From Candidatus Levyibacteriota bacterium (GTDB lineage: Bacteria; Patescibacteriota; Microgenomatia; Levybacterales; UBA12049), in assembly GCA_003173895.1 (NCBI GenBank), contig PJMG01000001.1, forward strand, positions 15,576 through 79,575: DNA of 64,000 bases, written 5' to 3'. The notes under the pieces were generated by a model. That model worked only from the letters and a program-made list of their open reading frames with translations, was not told where the DNA came from and made no database searches. Of this stretch, positions 54,025-64,000 are shown piece after piece. Position numbers and translations under genes: made by a program. Position 1 is the stretch's first letter. Each line of letters starts with the position of its first letter.

Positions 54025-56313
54025 TTAATGTCCCGGTGTTGGAGACGGGGTAGGAGATATATTTAATGACTTTAACAAATCATCCGTAGGATACCATTGA
54101 TAATCTGCTGCTGAATGATTATCGTGAACCCAATTATCAATCCCAATTTGCCATCTATTCTGCCCATCTGTAGAAACAGGATCATTTTCGCGAATTACAT
54201 AATAAGTCTTTCCTTGGAATTGTTTATAAATTGGTGAAACAGTAGTAGGTTCTGTACCTTTTATAAAATATTCTGAGCGAGTTGGCTGTCCTGAATAGGG
54301 AAGTCCACCAAAGAGTGAATCTATTTGAAGAGCATTTACATCATCAGGCTTAGTAGGTGATTTATCAGGTTTTCCTTTTAGGACATAACTCATCACAGAA
54401 TTCCAAATAGGTGATGCTCCCGTTTCACCTGATGATATAGCTTGATTCATTGGTTCATTATTATTATTTCCTACCCAAACACCTACTACATAATCTGGTG
54501 AGTAACCAATAGTCCAGTTATCTCGTTTTTCATCAGTCGTTCCCGTTTTTACACTTACGGATGGATGAGATGGTAAAAATAGATAAGAATTTAGACCGAA
54601 ATCTAAACTTCTCGCATTATTATCCAGTAAAATGTGTGATGTTAAAAACGTTATATCCGCGGGTAAAACACGTGGACCGGTAGTGGGATGATATTGATAT
54701 AAAACATTACCTTTAGAATCTGTAACTTTTAAAATAAAGATAGGATCCTGTCTTATACCACTATTAGCCAATACACTATATGCTGTAGTTTCATCTAGTA
54801 AACTTACCTCACGCCCTCCTAAAACTAAAGATAAACCTACACTACTTAGATTTTGAGGAGTTGGATTCCAGTTAGAAAGTCCCATATTATAACCCAGTTG
54901 CATAAAGTTTTTAACACCTACTAACGCCTCCATTTTAACAGCAGGAATATTTAATGAATTAGCTAGTGCAAATCTTATTTGGACAGGTCCTAAAAATTTA
55001 CCACTATAATTTACTGGAGTATAAGTAGGATCGGTTGGATCACCTGTAGGAAAATCTGTCTTAGTATCCATTATCATCGTAGAAGGTGTATAACCTTTCT
55101 CAAAAGCTAGTGAATAAAGAATAGGTTTAGTAGAAGAACCGGGTTGTCTATTTACCACGGCTGCATTAACGTTAGGATCAAACACACAGTTTACACCGGG
55201 ATTACAACCTTTAGGAGAAGGATCACCAAAATAATCTTTACTTCCAGCCATAGCTAAAATCTCTCCAGTTTTAGGATCTCGAACTATTACTGCACCATTG
55301 CCTACGTTATATACTTTAAGACCATCTATTTGGGTTTTTAATTGATCTTCAGCATATTTTTCAATGTTATAATCCAGTGTAGTAGTGACTTGAAGGCCAC
55401 CATTTTCTACTTCGCTAGCACCAAATTCCTGAGTTAGAAGTTGTTTAACATAAATTACGAAATGAGGAGCTTTTATAGAAATATTATTATTTTGGAAATT
55501 AGTATTTTTTATTTCGTTATAAGCGCTCTCTGCTTGTTTTTGAGTAATATATCCACTATCAACCATCGCATTTAAAACGTTTTGAGTTCTATCTAAATAA
55601 TATTTATATCCACTAAAAGGTGAATAAGCATTTGGATCTTGAGGAAGACCTGCTAGAAAAGCACTCTGTGCTAAATCTAAATGCTGCACATCTTCACCAA
55701 AATATGTCTGAGATGCTGCCTCTACACCTTGGTTGGGACCTCCATAACCGACATCATTTAAGTACATCTCTAAGATTTGATCTTTAGAATAAGTTTTATT
55801 TACTTGAATTGATAAAATTAATTCTTTTATTTTGCGCTGTAAATTTTGAGCATTGGTTAGTAAAGTATTTTTCACTAACTGCTGAGTAAGTGTAGATCCA
55901 CCGCTCAACTGGTGATAAACTAAAATATTTCTTATTGCACGTAAATATCCAGTTATGGAAAATCCTTGGTTGTTATAAAAATTTTTATCTTCAATAGCAA
56001 TGGTAGCTTCTTGGAGGTATTTCGGAATACTTGGTAATTTTACATAAACTCTATTTTGATCCTGATAAACAGAATAGAGAAGTGTATTATTTCGATCATA
56101 AATTCTGGTAGACTGAGAACTTTGCGCTTCAATTAATTTACCTGGTGTAGGTAAATCACGTGAGTACCAGAAAAATAAGAAGATGGTAATTATAACTGTT
56201 GCTATTAAACCAAAAAATAAAAATGTAGCTATTTTGGAGTAAAGAGCAATTTTCGATTGTGACGAAATATGCTTTCTTCGGGATCTAAAATCCTGCATAT
56301 AGATATTATACAC
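54025..56313 (-). CDS. Class A penicillin-binding protein (PBP1A-type bifunctional transglycosylase/transpeptidase)
   Basis: GT51 motif ATIAIEDKNFY. Transpeptidase motifs SSTKP, SLN and KTGT. Confidence 0.8.
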   Translation of the reverse strand: MYNIYMQDFRSRRKHISSQSKIALYSKIATFLFFGLIATVIITIFLFFWYSRDLPTPGKLIEAQSSQSTRIYDRNNTLLYSVYQDQNRVYVKLPSIPKYLQEATIAIEDKNFYNNQGFSITGYLRAIRNILVYHQLSGGSTLTQQLVKNTLLTNAQNLQRKIKELILSIQVNKTYSKDQILEMYLNDVGYGGPNQGVEAASQTYFGEDVQHLDLAQSAFLAGLPQDPNAYSPFSGYKYYLDRTQNVLNAMVDSGYITQKQAESAYNEIKNTNFQNNNISIKAPHFVIYVKQLLTQEFGASEVENGGLQVTTTLDYNIEKYAEDQLKTQIDGLKVYNVGNGAVIVRDPKTGEILAMAGSKDYFGDPSPKGCNPGVNCVFDPNVNAAVVNRQPGSSTKPILYSLAFEKGYTPSTMIMDTKTDFPTGDPTDPTYTPVNYSGKFLGPVQIRFALANSLNIPAVKMEALVGVKNFMQLGYNMGLSNWNPTPQNLSSVGLSLVLGGREVSLLDETTAYSVLANSGIRQDPIFILKVTDSKGNVLYQYHPTTGPRVLPADITFLTSHILLDNNARSLDFGLNSYLFLPSHPSVSVKTGTTDEKRDNWTIGYSPDYVVGVWVGNNNNEPMNQAISSGETGASPIWNSVMSYVLKGKPDKSPTKPDDVNALQIDSLFGGLPYSGQPTRSEYFIKGTEPTTVSPIYKQFQGKTYYVIRENDPVSTDGQNRWQIGIDNWVHDNHSAADYQWYPTDDLLKSLNISPTPSPTPGH

Positions 56314-56397
56314 GAATTCCTTGTCTTGTCATCTTAAATGAGTAATCAGAATGACATAATGACTTAAGTAGCAATATTTGCTAATATTAGGCAAGAT

Positions 56398-57594
56398 ATG
56401 GATAAAATTGAAGAGATATTAACACGCGGGGTAGCTAATATTATTCCAGATAAAAATAAACTGCGAGAACTCTTAAAATCAGGTAAAAAATTAAATATTT
56501 ATTTAGGTATTGATCCTACCGCTATTAAAATTCATTTAGGACATGCAGTTCCACTTCGAAAATTACAAGCATTTGCAGAATTAGGTCATAATATTAGTTT
56601 TTTGATAGGTGATTTTACAGCACTTATTGGAGACACATCAGATAAAGATTCAGAGCGTCCTGTTTTAACTACTGAGCAAATTGAAGAAAATTTTCAAACT
56701 TATAAAAAGCAGGCTAGTAAAATTTTGGATTTTAATTTAAAAAATGTAAAGGTAGTACATAATAGTGAGTGGCTTAAAAAATTAAATTTTGAAGATATTA
56801 TAAAATTATGTCAGCATTTTTCCTTTGGAGATTTTGCTAGTCGTGAACTTATTGCAAAACGTTTAAAAAATAAAACTCATGTAGGACTTCATGAAGCTCT
56901 TTATCCAGTTATGCAAGGATATGATAGTTATTTTATGAATACAGATATCCAGCTAGGTGGTACTGACCAAACTTTTAATATGCAAGCAGGTAGAGTTCTA
57001 CAAAAAGATCTAAGAAATAAAGAATCATTTGTACTAGCTAACGAATTTTTAATTGGGACTGATGGCAAGAAAATGAGTAAAACCGGAGGAAATGCTATTT
57101 GGATAGATGACGACGCAAACACTATGTTTGGTAAAGTTATGGCTATAAATGATGATCTAATTATACAATATGCTTTACTTGGAACTAGATTATCTATTGA
57201 AGAAGTTAATGAATTTCAAAAAAGATTAACAGCGAATGAAAATCCTAGAGATATTAAAAAAGATTTAGCATTAGAAATAGTTAGTGAATTTTATGGAGAG
57301 AAAACTGCATTAGCAGCAAAAGGACTTTTTGAGAAAACAGTTCAGAAAAAAGAGATTCCAGACGAAATACCTATTTTTAAATTAGATAAAACAAATAAAC
57401 TTATTACAATCACAGATTTATTATTATCAACTCAAATGGCTGAAAGTAGATCAGAAGCTAAGCGTTTAATAGAACAGGGTGGAGTAGAATTAGATGGAGA
57501 AAAAATAACTGAAATTAATAAAGATCTGGAGATAAATGACGAAGCAATTTTAAAAGTTGGAAAGAGAAAATACTTAAAGATAGTTCATAGTTAA
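56398..57594 (+). CDS. tyrS: Tyrosine--tRNA ligase
   Basis: HIGH motif (HLGH), KMSKT motif, C-terminal S4 domain. Confidence 0.85.
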   Translation: MDKIEEILTRGVANIIPDKNKLRELLKSGKKLNIYLGIDPTAIKIHLGHAVPLRKLQAFAELGHNISFLIGDFTALIGDTSDKDSERPVLTTEQIEENFQTYKKQASKILDFNLKNVKVVHNSEWLKKLNFEDIIKLCQHFSFGDFASRELIAKRLKNKTHVGLHEALYPVMQGYDSYFMNTDIQLGGTDQTFNMQAGRVLQKDLRNKESFVLANEFLIGTDGKKMSKTGGNAIWIDDDANTMFGKVMAINDDLIIQYALLGTRLSIEEVNEFQKRLTANENPRDIKKDLALEIVSEFYGEKTALAAKGLFEKTVQKKEIPDEIPIFKLDKTNKLITITDLLLSTQMAESRSEAKRLIEQGGVELDGEKITEINKDLEINDEAILKVGKRKYLKIVHS

Positions 57595-57780
57595 CAGTTC
57601 ACTATAATCAGTTATAAATAAAATTAGTCAATTTTGAACTGTGAATTTTAAATTGATAACTAATATATGGAATTTTTAAGAAATAATTCGTGGATCTGGA
57701 AAGTAGTAATGGTAATAGCCAGTTTATGTCTTATAGCAGCTTCAGTATTTCCATATTTGATTTTAAGCCGATAAATAATC

Positions 57781-59802
57781 ATGGATCTTAATGCAAAAAT
57801 TAAAACTCAAGGTGGAGTTTATAAAAGATATGCACCACTCCTAGAAAAATTAGAAATAATAAATTTTTCGGATTTTCTATATCATATCCCTTCTCATTTC
57901 GATGATTTTACAAATATAAAAAAAATAAAAGATTTGCAAATTGGGGAAATAACAACACTAATCGGAACTATTGAAACAGTTAAAAATGTTTATACTAAAT
58001 CATATAAAAAGATACAACAAGTAGTTATTACAGACGAAACCGGAAAATTAGAGTTAGTCTGGTTTAATCAACCATTTATTTTAAATGTAATTAAAAAAGG
58101 AGATAAAATCTCAGTAGCAGGTAGAATAGAAAAAACTGGAAATTTTAAGATTGTTTCACCTGAATATGAAATTTTATTTAATGAGCAAACCAACTTAATT
58201 CATACAGGAAGATTAGTACCTGTATATCCTTTGACTCAGGGTTTAACGTCTAAATGGATTCGACGACAAACATATAAACTAATTCATGAAAATTTAGAAA
58301 ATTTAAATGATTATTTACCTATTTTAATTTTAAATGAGCAAAATTTAATGCCATTAACAAGTGCGTTTGAACAGTTACATTTTCCAAAAACTCTATCAGA
58401 TTTTAATAAAGCTAAAGAAAGATTAGCATTTGATGAAATTTTCATTTTAGATCTACTTTCTAAACAAAGAAAACAGTTATGGAATAAAAATAAAACCAAC
58501 TTAAAAATAAATTATGAAAAATATAAAGATAAAATTGAAGATTTTATAAAAAATTTGCCTTTTGAATTAACAAATTCTCAAAAAACAGCCATTAATGATA
58601 TGTTTTCAGATTTTAAAAATTTGAAATCTATGAATAGACTCCTTTTAGGAGATGTAGGAAGTGGTAAAACTATCGTAGCAGCTATTTTAATGTATTTAGC
58701 TCATTTAAATGGATATAAATCAGCTTTCATGGCACCAACTGAAATTTTAGCGACTCAACATTTTAAAACAATATCTAATCTACTAATACCACTTGGTCTA
58801 AAAATTGGAATACAAACAGGCAGCCAGAAAACGTTTAATCAAAATAACACAATTAATATAATTATTGGTACTCATGCACTCCTTTCAGATAAGCTTAATA
58901 TTCCAAACTTAGGCCTAGCTATAGTGGACGAACAACATAGATTTGGAGTCGAACAAAGAACTATTCTGAGAAAAAAAGGTGATAATATTCATTTTTTAGC
59001 CATGTCAGCTACACCTATCCCCAGAACTGTAGTCTTAACTGCATATGGAGATCTCGATGTCTCATATCTATCTGACATGCCAAAAGGAAGAAAAGTAATT
59101 AAAACTTGGCTTGTCCCTAATAATAAAAGAGAAGGAGCATATAAATGGATAGAAAAGCAAATTAAAAAGGGTGATCAAGCTTTTATTGTTTGTCCATTTA
59201 TCGAAGAATCAGAAAGTATGACTACGGTTAAAGCAGCCAAAAAAGAATTTGAGAGACTACAGAAAGAAATTTTCCCCAACTTAAAACTTGCTATGTTACA
59301 TGGAAAAATAAAAGCTAAAGAGAAAGACAAAATTCTATCGGATTTTAAAGATAAAAAATATGATATTTTAGTAGCCACTCCTGTCGTGGAAGTAGGGATT
59401 GATATTCCAAATGCTACAATCATATTAATCGAAGCTGCAGAGAGATTTGGATTAGCACAACTTCACCAACTTAGAGGTAGAGTAGGACGAGGAGAAAAGC
59501 AATCTTATTGTTTATTATTTAGTGAATCCAATAATATTCAAACTAGAGAACGACTCAAAAAAATGGAAAATATAAGTAGTGGGATAGAATTGGCTGAATT
59601 AGATTTACATTTACGGGGTGGAGGAGATATTTACGGAACTCTTCAATCTGGAAGTAAATTATTAAAAATAGCTTCATTTTCTGATTTTGAATTAATTTCT
59701 AAAGCTAAAAATGCAGCAAATAAAATTTGGCCGGAAATTAAAAAATATCCTGAACTTTTAAAAAAATTAGAAGAAAACTCCCATGATATAATGCCCGATT
59801 AA
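57781..59802 (+). CDS. recG: ATP-dependent DNA helicase RecG
   Basis: Wedge/OB N-terminus. Walker A GDVGSGKT, DEQHRFG, and C-terminal QLHQLRGRVGRG. Confidence 0.85.
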   Translation: MDLNAKIKTQGGVYKRYAPLLEKLEIINFSDFLYHIPSHFDDFTNIKKIKDLQIGEITTLIGTIETVKNVYTKSYKKIQQVVITDETGKLELVWFNQPFILNVIKKGDKISVAGRIEKTGNFKIVSPEYEILFNEQTNLIHTGRLVPVYPLTQGLTSKWIRRQTYKLIHENLENLNDYLPILILNEQNLMPLTSAFEQLHFPKTLSDFNKAKERLAFDEIFILDLLSKQRKQLWNKNKTNLKINYEKYKDKIEDFIKNLPFELTNSQKTAINDMFSDFKNLKSMNRLLLGDVGSGKTIVAAILMYLAHLNGYKSAFMAPTEILATQHFKTISNLLIPLGLKIGIQTGSQKTFNQNNTINIIIGTHALLSDKLNIPNLGLAIVDEQHRFGVEQRTILRKKGDNIHFLAMSATPIPRTVVLTAYGDLDVSYLSDMPKGRKVIKTWLVPNNKREGAYKWIEKQIKKGDQAFIVCPFIEESESMTTVKAAKKEFERLQKEIFPNLKLAMLHGKIKAKEKDKILSDFKDKKYDILVATPVVEVGIDIPNATIILIEAAERFGLAQLHQLRGRVGRGEKQSYCLLFSESNNIQTRERLKKMENISSGIELAELDLHLRGGGDIYGTLQSGSKLLKIASFSDFELISKAKNAANKIWPEIKKYPELLKKLEENSHDIMPD

Positions 59803-59947
59803 ATAAAAAAATGGCCGCTGTCCCCTGATTACAACGGCCAATTATAATTATACATCCGAAAATGAAAAATAGTTGAAGATTTAGTAAGTAATTTGTAAAA
59901 ATAAATCAATATTGCCAACTCTATGTTATTTTTGCTAAAATACCTAT

Positions 59948-60133
59948 ATGCCACACGAACCAAAAAGACGACATTCAACTGAGAGAAAAGGCCAAAGACG
60001 AGCCGCTATAAAATTGAATACACCAAAAGGTGTTATTTGTGCTAATTGCGGAAAAAGTATAAAAGCACATAGTATTTGTAAATATTGTGGTTATTATAAA
60101 GGGAAACAAGTTCTAAAAACCCCTAAAAAATAA
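59948..60133 (+). CDS. rpmF: 50S ribosomal protein L32
   Basis: PKRRHSTERKGQRR ... CANCG...CKYCGYYKG zinc ribbon. Confidence 0.7.
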   Translation: MPHEPKRRHSTERKGQRRAAIKLNTPKGVICANCGKSIKAHSICKYCGYYKGKQVLKTPKK

Positions 60134-60499
60134 ATGAAAGCACCTCTAGATCCTAGACATCAAAAAAGACAAAATCTTTTGGAAGAGATTTTTAAAATGG
60201 ATTTTTTACCTCAAGAAGTAAGTAGTAAAGCAAAAGAAATTTATAGTAAAAAAAAAGAATTGGATGAGCTTATAGTTAAATCTGCACCAGCTTTTCCGAT
60301 TGATAAAATTAACAAAGTGGATTTAGCTATTTTAAGACTTGCTTTTTATGAACTTTTTTTTGAAAAAAGTGAACCACCAAAGGCTATAATAGATGAAGCA
60401 ATAGAATTAGCTAAAGAATATGGGGGAGAAACTAGCCCGTCTTTTATAAATGGAGCACTTGGGAAAAATCTTGATATAATAAAATCGAAAGGAAAATAA
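60134..60499 (+). CDS. nusB: Transcription antitermination factor NusB
   Basis: C-terminal AIIDEAIELAKEYGGETSPSFINGALG matches the NusB signature. Confidence 0.7.
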   Translation: MKAPLDPRHQKRQNLLEEIFKMDFLPQEVSSKAKEIYSKKKELDELIVKSAPAFPIDKINKVDLAILRLAFYELFFEKSEPPKAIIDEAIELAKEYGGETSPSFINGALGKNLDIIKSKGK

Positions 60500-61158
60500 T
60501 GTTACCAAAATTTAAAAACCAAAAATTATTTGAACAGGCTTTTATTCATCGATCTTACTTAAATGAATTTAGACATTTAGAAGAATCTAATGAAAGACTA
60601 GAGTTTTTAGGTGATAGTATTTTATCTTTTGTGGTTTCTTGTTATCTTTATGATCATTTCCCACAATTTGAAGAAGGTACATTAACTAATGTTAGATCTA
60701 ATTTAGTTAATACTAAAATTCTAGCCAAATTAGCTAATAATTTAGGCTTTGGTAAATTATTAAAACTTTCTAAAGGAGAAGAGGAGAGTAATGGACGAGA
60801 AAATCAAAGTTTACTGGCTGATAGTTTTGAGGCATTTATCGGAGCATTATTTTTAGATCAGGGTCTAGAGATAGTCAAAGAATTTATTCTATCCAATTTA
60901 GATTCAGAATTAAAACTTTTGATTAGTGGAAAATCATTAAAAGATCCAAAGAGTTTACTTCAAGAGAAATCACAAGCAGCTAAATTTGGTACTCCTGTTT
61001 ATAAAGTTATTGATGAATCTGGCCCTGCACATAGTAAAATTTTTACAGTTCAAGTGGCTATAAATGATAAAATCGAGGGTATTGGGAAGGGTAAATCTAA
61101 ACAAGAAGCTGAGATCGAAGCCGCTAAAGTCGCTCTTGAGAAGAACTTCTTAAAATGA
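60499..61158 (+). CDS. rnc: Ribonuclease III
   Basis: ERLEFLGDS catalytic signature and C-terminal dsRBD. Confidence 0.85.
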   Translation: MLPKFKNQKLFEQAFIHRSYLNEFRHLEESNERLEFLGDSILSFVVSCYLYDHFPQFEEGTLTNVRSNLVNTKILAKLANNLGFGKLLKLSKGEEESNGRENQSLLADSFEAFIGALFLDQGLEIVKEFILSNLDSELKLLISGKSLKDPKSLLQEKSQAAKFGTPVYKVIDESGPAHSKIFTVQVAINDKIEGIGKGKSKQEAEIEAAKVALEKNFLK

Positions 61159-61170
61159 TAAAATACAAAT

Positions 61171-61404
61171 ATGGCATTAACAATTAGACTTACTAAACTT
61201 GGTAAAAAAGGCGAGGCTAAATTTAGAGTTATCGTTAAAGAAAAACGTGATAAAAGAGATGGAAAAGCTCTAGAATTTTTAGGCTTTTTTGAAAAATTGA
61301 CCGGTGGACGTGTGAATAAAAATTTAAAAATGGATCGTATTAAATACTGGATGTCTATGGGTGCTAAACCCAGTGCAACAGTTAGAAAATTAATAGAAGG
61401 ATGA
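61171..61404 (+). CDS. rpsP: 30S ribosomal protein S16
   Basis: MALTIRLTKLGKKGEAKFRVIV. Confidence 0.85.
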   Translation: MALTIRLTKLGKKGEAKFRVIVKEKRDKRDGKALEFLGFFEKLTGGRVNKNLKMDRIKYWMSMGAKPSATVRKLIEG

Positions 61405-61646
61405 AAGACGCTCTTTTATACATATTAAAATCTATAGTTGAAGATACAGATTCTTTATCTGTTGATGAAAATGATGACAATGGATTCGTTACTTTAGTAA
61501 TTCATGCAAATCCAAGTGAAATCGGGAAAATAATTGGTAAAAATGGAAAGATTATTAGAAGTATCAGAAATGTAATAAAAATTAAAGCTATTAAGGAAAA
61601 TAAGAAGATTCAAATCTCTATTGCAGAAACAAATCCACAAATATAA
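61401..61646 (+). CDS. KH-domain RNA-binding protein (KhpA/YlqC-like)
   Basis: GKIIGKNGKIIRSIR (GxxG KH motif). Conserved position between rpsP and trmD. Confidence 0.7.
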   Translation: MKDALLYILKSIVEDTDSLSVDENDDNGFVTLVIHANPSEIGKIIGKNGKIIRSIRNVIKIKAIKENKKIQISIAETNPQI

Positions 61647-61657
61647 TTATCACCTGG

Positions 61658-62356
61658 ATGAAAATAAACATTTTAACTCTTTTCCCAGAAATGTTTTCTG
61701 GCCCATTTCAACACTCAATAATTAAAAGAGCTATTTTTGATAAAAAAATTCAAGTTAATTTTATAAATATTCGTGATTTTGGTTTAGGAAAACATAAAGT
61801 GGTGGATGATAAGGTTTTTGGTGGGGGAGTAGGGATGATTTTAAGAGTAGATGTTATAGCAAAAGCTTTAGAGTCAATAAAAGAAGCTAATTCGCCAGCT
61901 GGCGGAAAAACAAAAACCATTTTATTAGATGCGAGAGGCAAAACTTTTAGTCAAAAGCTTGCAAAAGAGTTTTCAGATTTTGAAATATTAAATATCATTT
62001 GTGGACATTATGAAGGGTTTGATGAGAGAATTTTAGAATTAGTAGATGAAACCATCTCAATTGGAGATTTTATTTTAACTGGTGGAGAAATCGCAGCTAT
62101 GCTAATTACAGATAGCGTAGCGCGTTTAGTATTAGGCGTTTTAAAAGATGGAGCAACCAATAATGAATCATTCTCAATTTCTGATCAAGACCATAATCAA
62201 CTTTTAGAATATCCCCAGTATACACTCCCTCGTGAATTTAATGGCATGAAAGTTCCAGAAATTCTTTTAAATGGTAATCATAAAGAAATAGAGAAATGGA
62301 AAAAAGAAAAAGCTATAGAAATAACTAAGAAACAACGGCCTGATTTAGTGAGATAA
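61658..62356 (+). CDS. trmD: tRNA (guanine37-N1)-methyltransferase
   Basis: MKINILTLFPEMF ... SPOUT knot motifs. Confidence 0.85.
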   Translation: MKINILTLFPEMFSGPFQHSIIKRAIFDKKIQVNFINIRDFGLGKHKVVDDKVFGGGVGMILRVDVIAKALESIKEANSPAGGKTKTILLDARGKTFSQKLAKEFSDFEILNIICGHYEGFDERILELVDETISIGDFILTGGEIAAMLITDSVARLVLGVLKDGATNNESFSISDQDHNQLLEYPQYTLPREFNGMKVPEILLNGNHKEIEKWKKEKAIEITKKQRPDLVR

Positions 62357-63037
62357 AATCCCGCTTTGACTGGAAATATTATAAAAATTAGAATTAAACA
62401 CGGATAAATCTCTAATAGTTTTTAAATCGTCTGTTGATAAAGTGGAAAGAGGAAGTACAGGATTAAAAGCTACTGTAGTAGTGGGATCATAATAAAAAGA
62501 AACAGTTATTAAAGATGTATTTACACCTTGAATGGTTATTTGCGTAATATTATTTAAAGGTAATTCATTTTTAATTGCCCCTAGAAATTCTTCTACTTGT
62601 GTAGCACCGCCTAAAATAGTTAGGTTAATTCCAATACTATTTTGATTTACCAAGTTAGTTTTTAAGTCTCCTATTTGAAAATTATAATCACCCAAAGAAA
62701 CTCCTGATTTATTTTCTGCATCTGCTATAGAATTTAATATTCCTTCAAAATCTTTTGTTTGAGGAAGAGCACTTGTAACAGTATTAGTATAGTTATCTAG
62801 ATTATTAGTACTCAGACTAGTTGCTATATTCAAATTTTTATTTAGAATAGATAAAGTATTTTCAGCATTTTGCAAGTCACTTTTTTCATTTTGATAATTC
62901 TGTATATTAGAAAGAGTAAAGTAGAAAAATATTAAAATCCCCAACAACCCGAAAATAGATGGTAAAATGTACTCTTTATATTTTAAATAAAGTATTCTAA
63001 ATGTAGTTGAGTTAGAAAAATTAATATTTAAATCCAT
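62345..63037 (-). CDS. Type IV pilus assembly PilO-like membrane protein
   Basis: Single TM plus coiled coil. Position immediately downstream of pilN. Confidence 0.4.
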   Translation of the reverse strand: MDLNINFSNSTTFRILYLKYKEYILPSIFGLLGILIFFYFTLSNIQNYQNEKSDLQNAENTLSILNKNLNIATSLSTNNLDNYTNTVTSALPQTKDFEGILNSIADAENKSGVSLGDYNFQIGDLKTNLVNQNSIGINLTILGGATQVEEFLGAIKNELPLNNITQITIQGVNTSLITVSFYYDPTTTVAFNPVLPLSTLSTDDLKTIRDLSVFNSNFYNISSQSGILSH

Positions 63038-63038
63038 A

Positions 63039-63563
63039 TTAAAAAATTTGTCCTGATATTGATAATGAATATTTACCAGTGCCTGAATCTAAAAGGACAG
63101 AACTTATAACTATATTACTAAATATTTCTTTTTTGTTATAAAGTCCTATTAAAAAATCTGAAACATTATTAATATCTTTTAGGTTCTGAGAAGAAAAAGA
63201 AGCTGAGATATTTTTTTTATCAACTGAAACACTATCTGTGGATACGTCTGAGGGAATCCCATTTAAAATGGTTGATAAATAACCCTCGAAATTATCTCTA
63301 CTTTTTAAGATATTATTTATTTTAGTTAATCTATCTTTTATAAAAAGCAGTTTAGAAATTTTATCGTTTTGGGCTTTTATTTTATTTTCCACATATGATT
63401 CTTGAACTGTAACGTAGCTGGGATCAGAAATTTTACTTAAATAGAAAAATATTAAACCTAAAAGTAAACTTAAACCAAAAAAAGTATAAGAAACTATTTT
63501 AAAAATTAGGATGCCATTATTAGATTTTTTATTTATTCGTAATAAATTTATTTCATCATTCAT
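63039..63563 (-). CDS. pilN: Type IV pilus assembly protein PilN
   Basis: N-terminal INLL motif (MNDEINLLRINKK) followed by a TM segment. Confidence 0.5.
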   Translation of the reverse strand: MNDEINLLRINKKSNNGILIFKIVSYTFFGLSLLLGLIFFYLSKISDPSYVTVQESYVENKIKAQNDKISKLLFIKDRLTKINNILKSRDNFEGYLSTILNGIPSDVSTDSVSVDKKNISASFSSQNLKDINNVSDFLIGLYNKKEIFSNIVISSVLLDSGTGKYSLSISGQIF

Positions 63564-64000
63564 AAGTTCTCATAGCTAAACCTACAGCTATAGTGAAAGA
63601 AGGTGCATCATTAGTAATTTCAGCTGGTAATTTTTGATCTTTTAAGATTTTCCAAGGATTTCCTATAACTGTTTCTATTCCAGTATCAGCCGTAAAATAG
63701 GCATCTAAACCAGGAAGATTAGCACTTCCTCCACTAAGTATTAATTGGCTAATTGGGTCATCATTAGGATATTTTTCTTTATAAAAAGCTACTGCCTTTT
63801 TAATTTCCCCGCTTAGAGTGGAGAGGATGGGAATAGCTGCATGTCCGATTTTCCCTGAAAAATTATCTTTTTCTATTCCATAAGTTTTTTTATATTCTTC
63901 CGCTTGGCTAGCTGAAAATCCAAAATCAGATGCTATAGCTCGAGTTAAAGCTACACCACCTACAGGAACTGTATATACGAAAATTAAAAATGAATTTTTA
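63556..64000 (-). CDS. pilM: Type IV pilus assembly ATPase-like protein PilM (C-terminal part; runs off window)
   Basis: Minus-strand translation reads ...GGVALTRAIASDFG...LILSGGSANLPGLDAYFTADTGIETVIGNPWKIL..., an actin-like PilM C-terminus. The stop overlaps the pilN start (ATGA). Confidence 0.55.
   Translation of the reverse strand, partial: KNSFLIFVYTVPVGGVALTRAIASDFGFSASQAEEYKKTYGIEKDNFSGKIGHAAIPILSTLSGEIKKAVAFYKEKYPNDDPISQLILSGGSANLPGLDAYFTADTGIETVIGNPWKILKDQKLPAEITNDAPSFTIAVGLAMRTYE

Noticed and set aside
59810-59850. Hairpin TGGCCG...CGGCCA after recG as intrinsic terminator
   Set aside because: Its 17-nt loop and lack of a clear downstream U-run make it a weak terminator. It is not listed as a feature.
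1-64000. CRISPR arrays, IS elements, integrases, prophage genes
   Set aside because: No spaced direct repeats, transposase or integrase motifs, or phage structural genes were seen. The only repeated non-coding sequence is the attenuator pair.

Overview
This is an AT-rich bacterial chromosomal segment of about 64 kb with roughly 75 protein genes and 5 tRNAs (Val-TAC, Leu-GAG, Leu-CAG, Leu-TAG, Val-GAC). Several housekeeping proteins have reduced domain architectures: ThrRS lacks the TGS domain, trigger factor lacks the PPIase domain, PheT is short and its tRNA-binding domain is a separate gene. Many genes are leaderless, and pilMNO type IV pilus genes are present. Together these fit a small-genome, Gram-positive-like or CPR lineage such as Saccharibacteria, which cannot be verified from sequence alone.

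Conserved core:
- thrS-infC-rpmI-rplT-pheS-pheT
- tyrS, recG
- rpmF-nusB-rnc-rpsP-KH-trmD
- murD, PBP1A, proS, trigger factor

Metabolic and accessory content:
- An arginine to ornithine to proline module: arginase, ornithine cyclodeaminase, proS, and an Ldh_2-family reductase.
- Two aspartate racemase paralogues.
- A MurE-like Mur ligase lacking its N-terminal domain.
- A block of one PLP-dependent group II decarboxylase, one ATP-grasp enzyme, and five M20 peptidases, three of them in tandem.
- An AAA+/VWA gene pair.
- Secreted lysozyme-like paralogues flanking a Wzx/MurJ-like flippase.
- A GH18 hydrolase.

Most interesting non-coding signals:
1. A T-box leader (GGUGGUACCG motif, intrinsic terminator, strong promoter) upstream of ocd-proS on the minus strand.
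2. A duplicated, highly conserved leader-peptide transcription attenuator (leader peptides MKSTQMYIVLFINR and MSSKYAQVFVLIINR, stop codon in the loop of hairpin 1, three-hairpin 1:2/2:3/3:4 topology) in front of the decarboxylase/ATP-grasp/M20 operon and of the M20 tandem triplet.
3. A third leaderless leader-peptide attenuator whose peptide is Thr/Ser-rich, placed in front of a three-gene unit ending in thrS.
4. A weaker fourth candidate of the same kind at 27262-27449.

All functional calls rest on motif recognition by eye, with no database searches.
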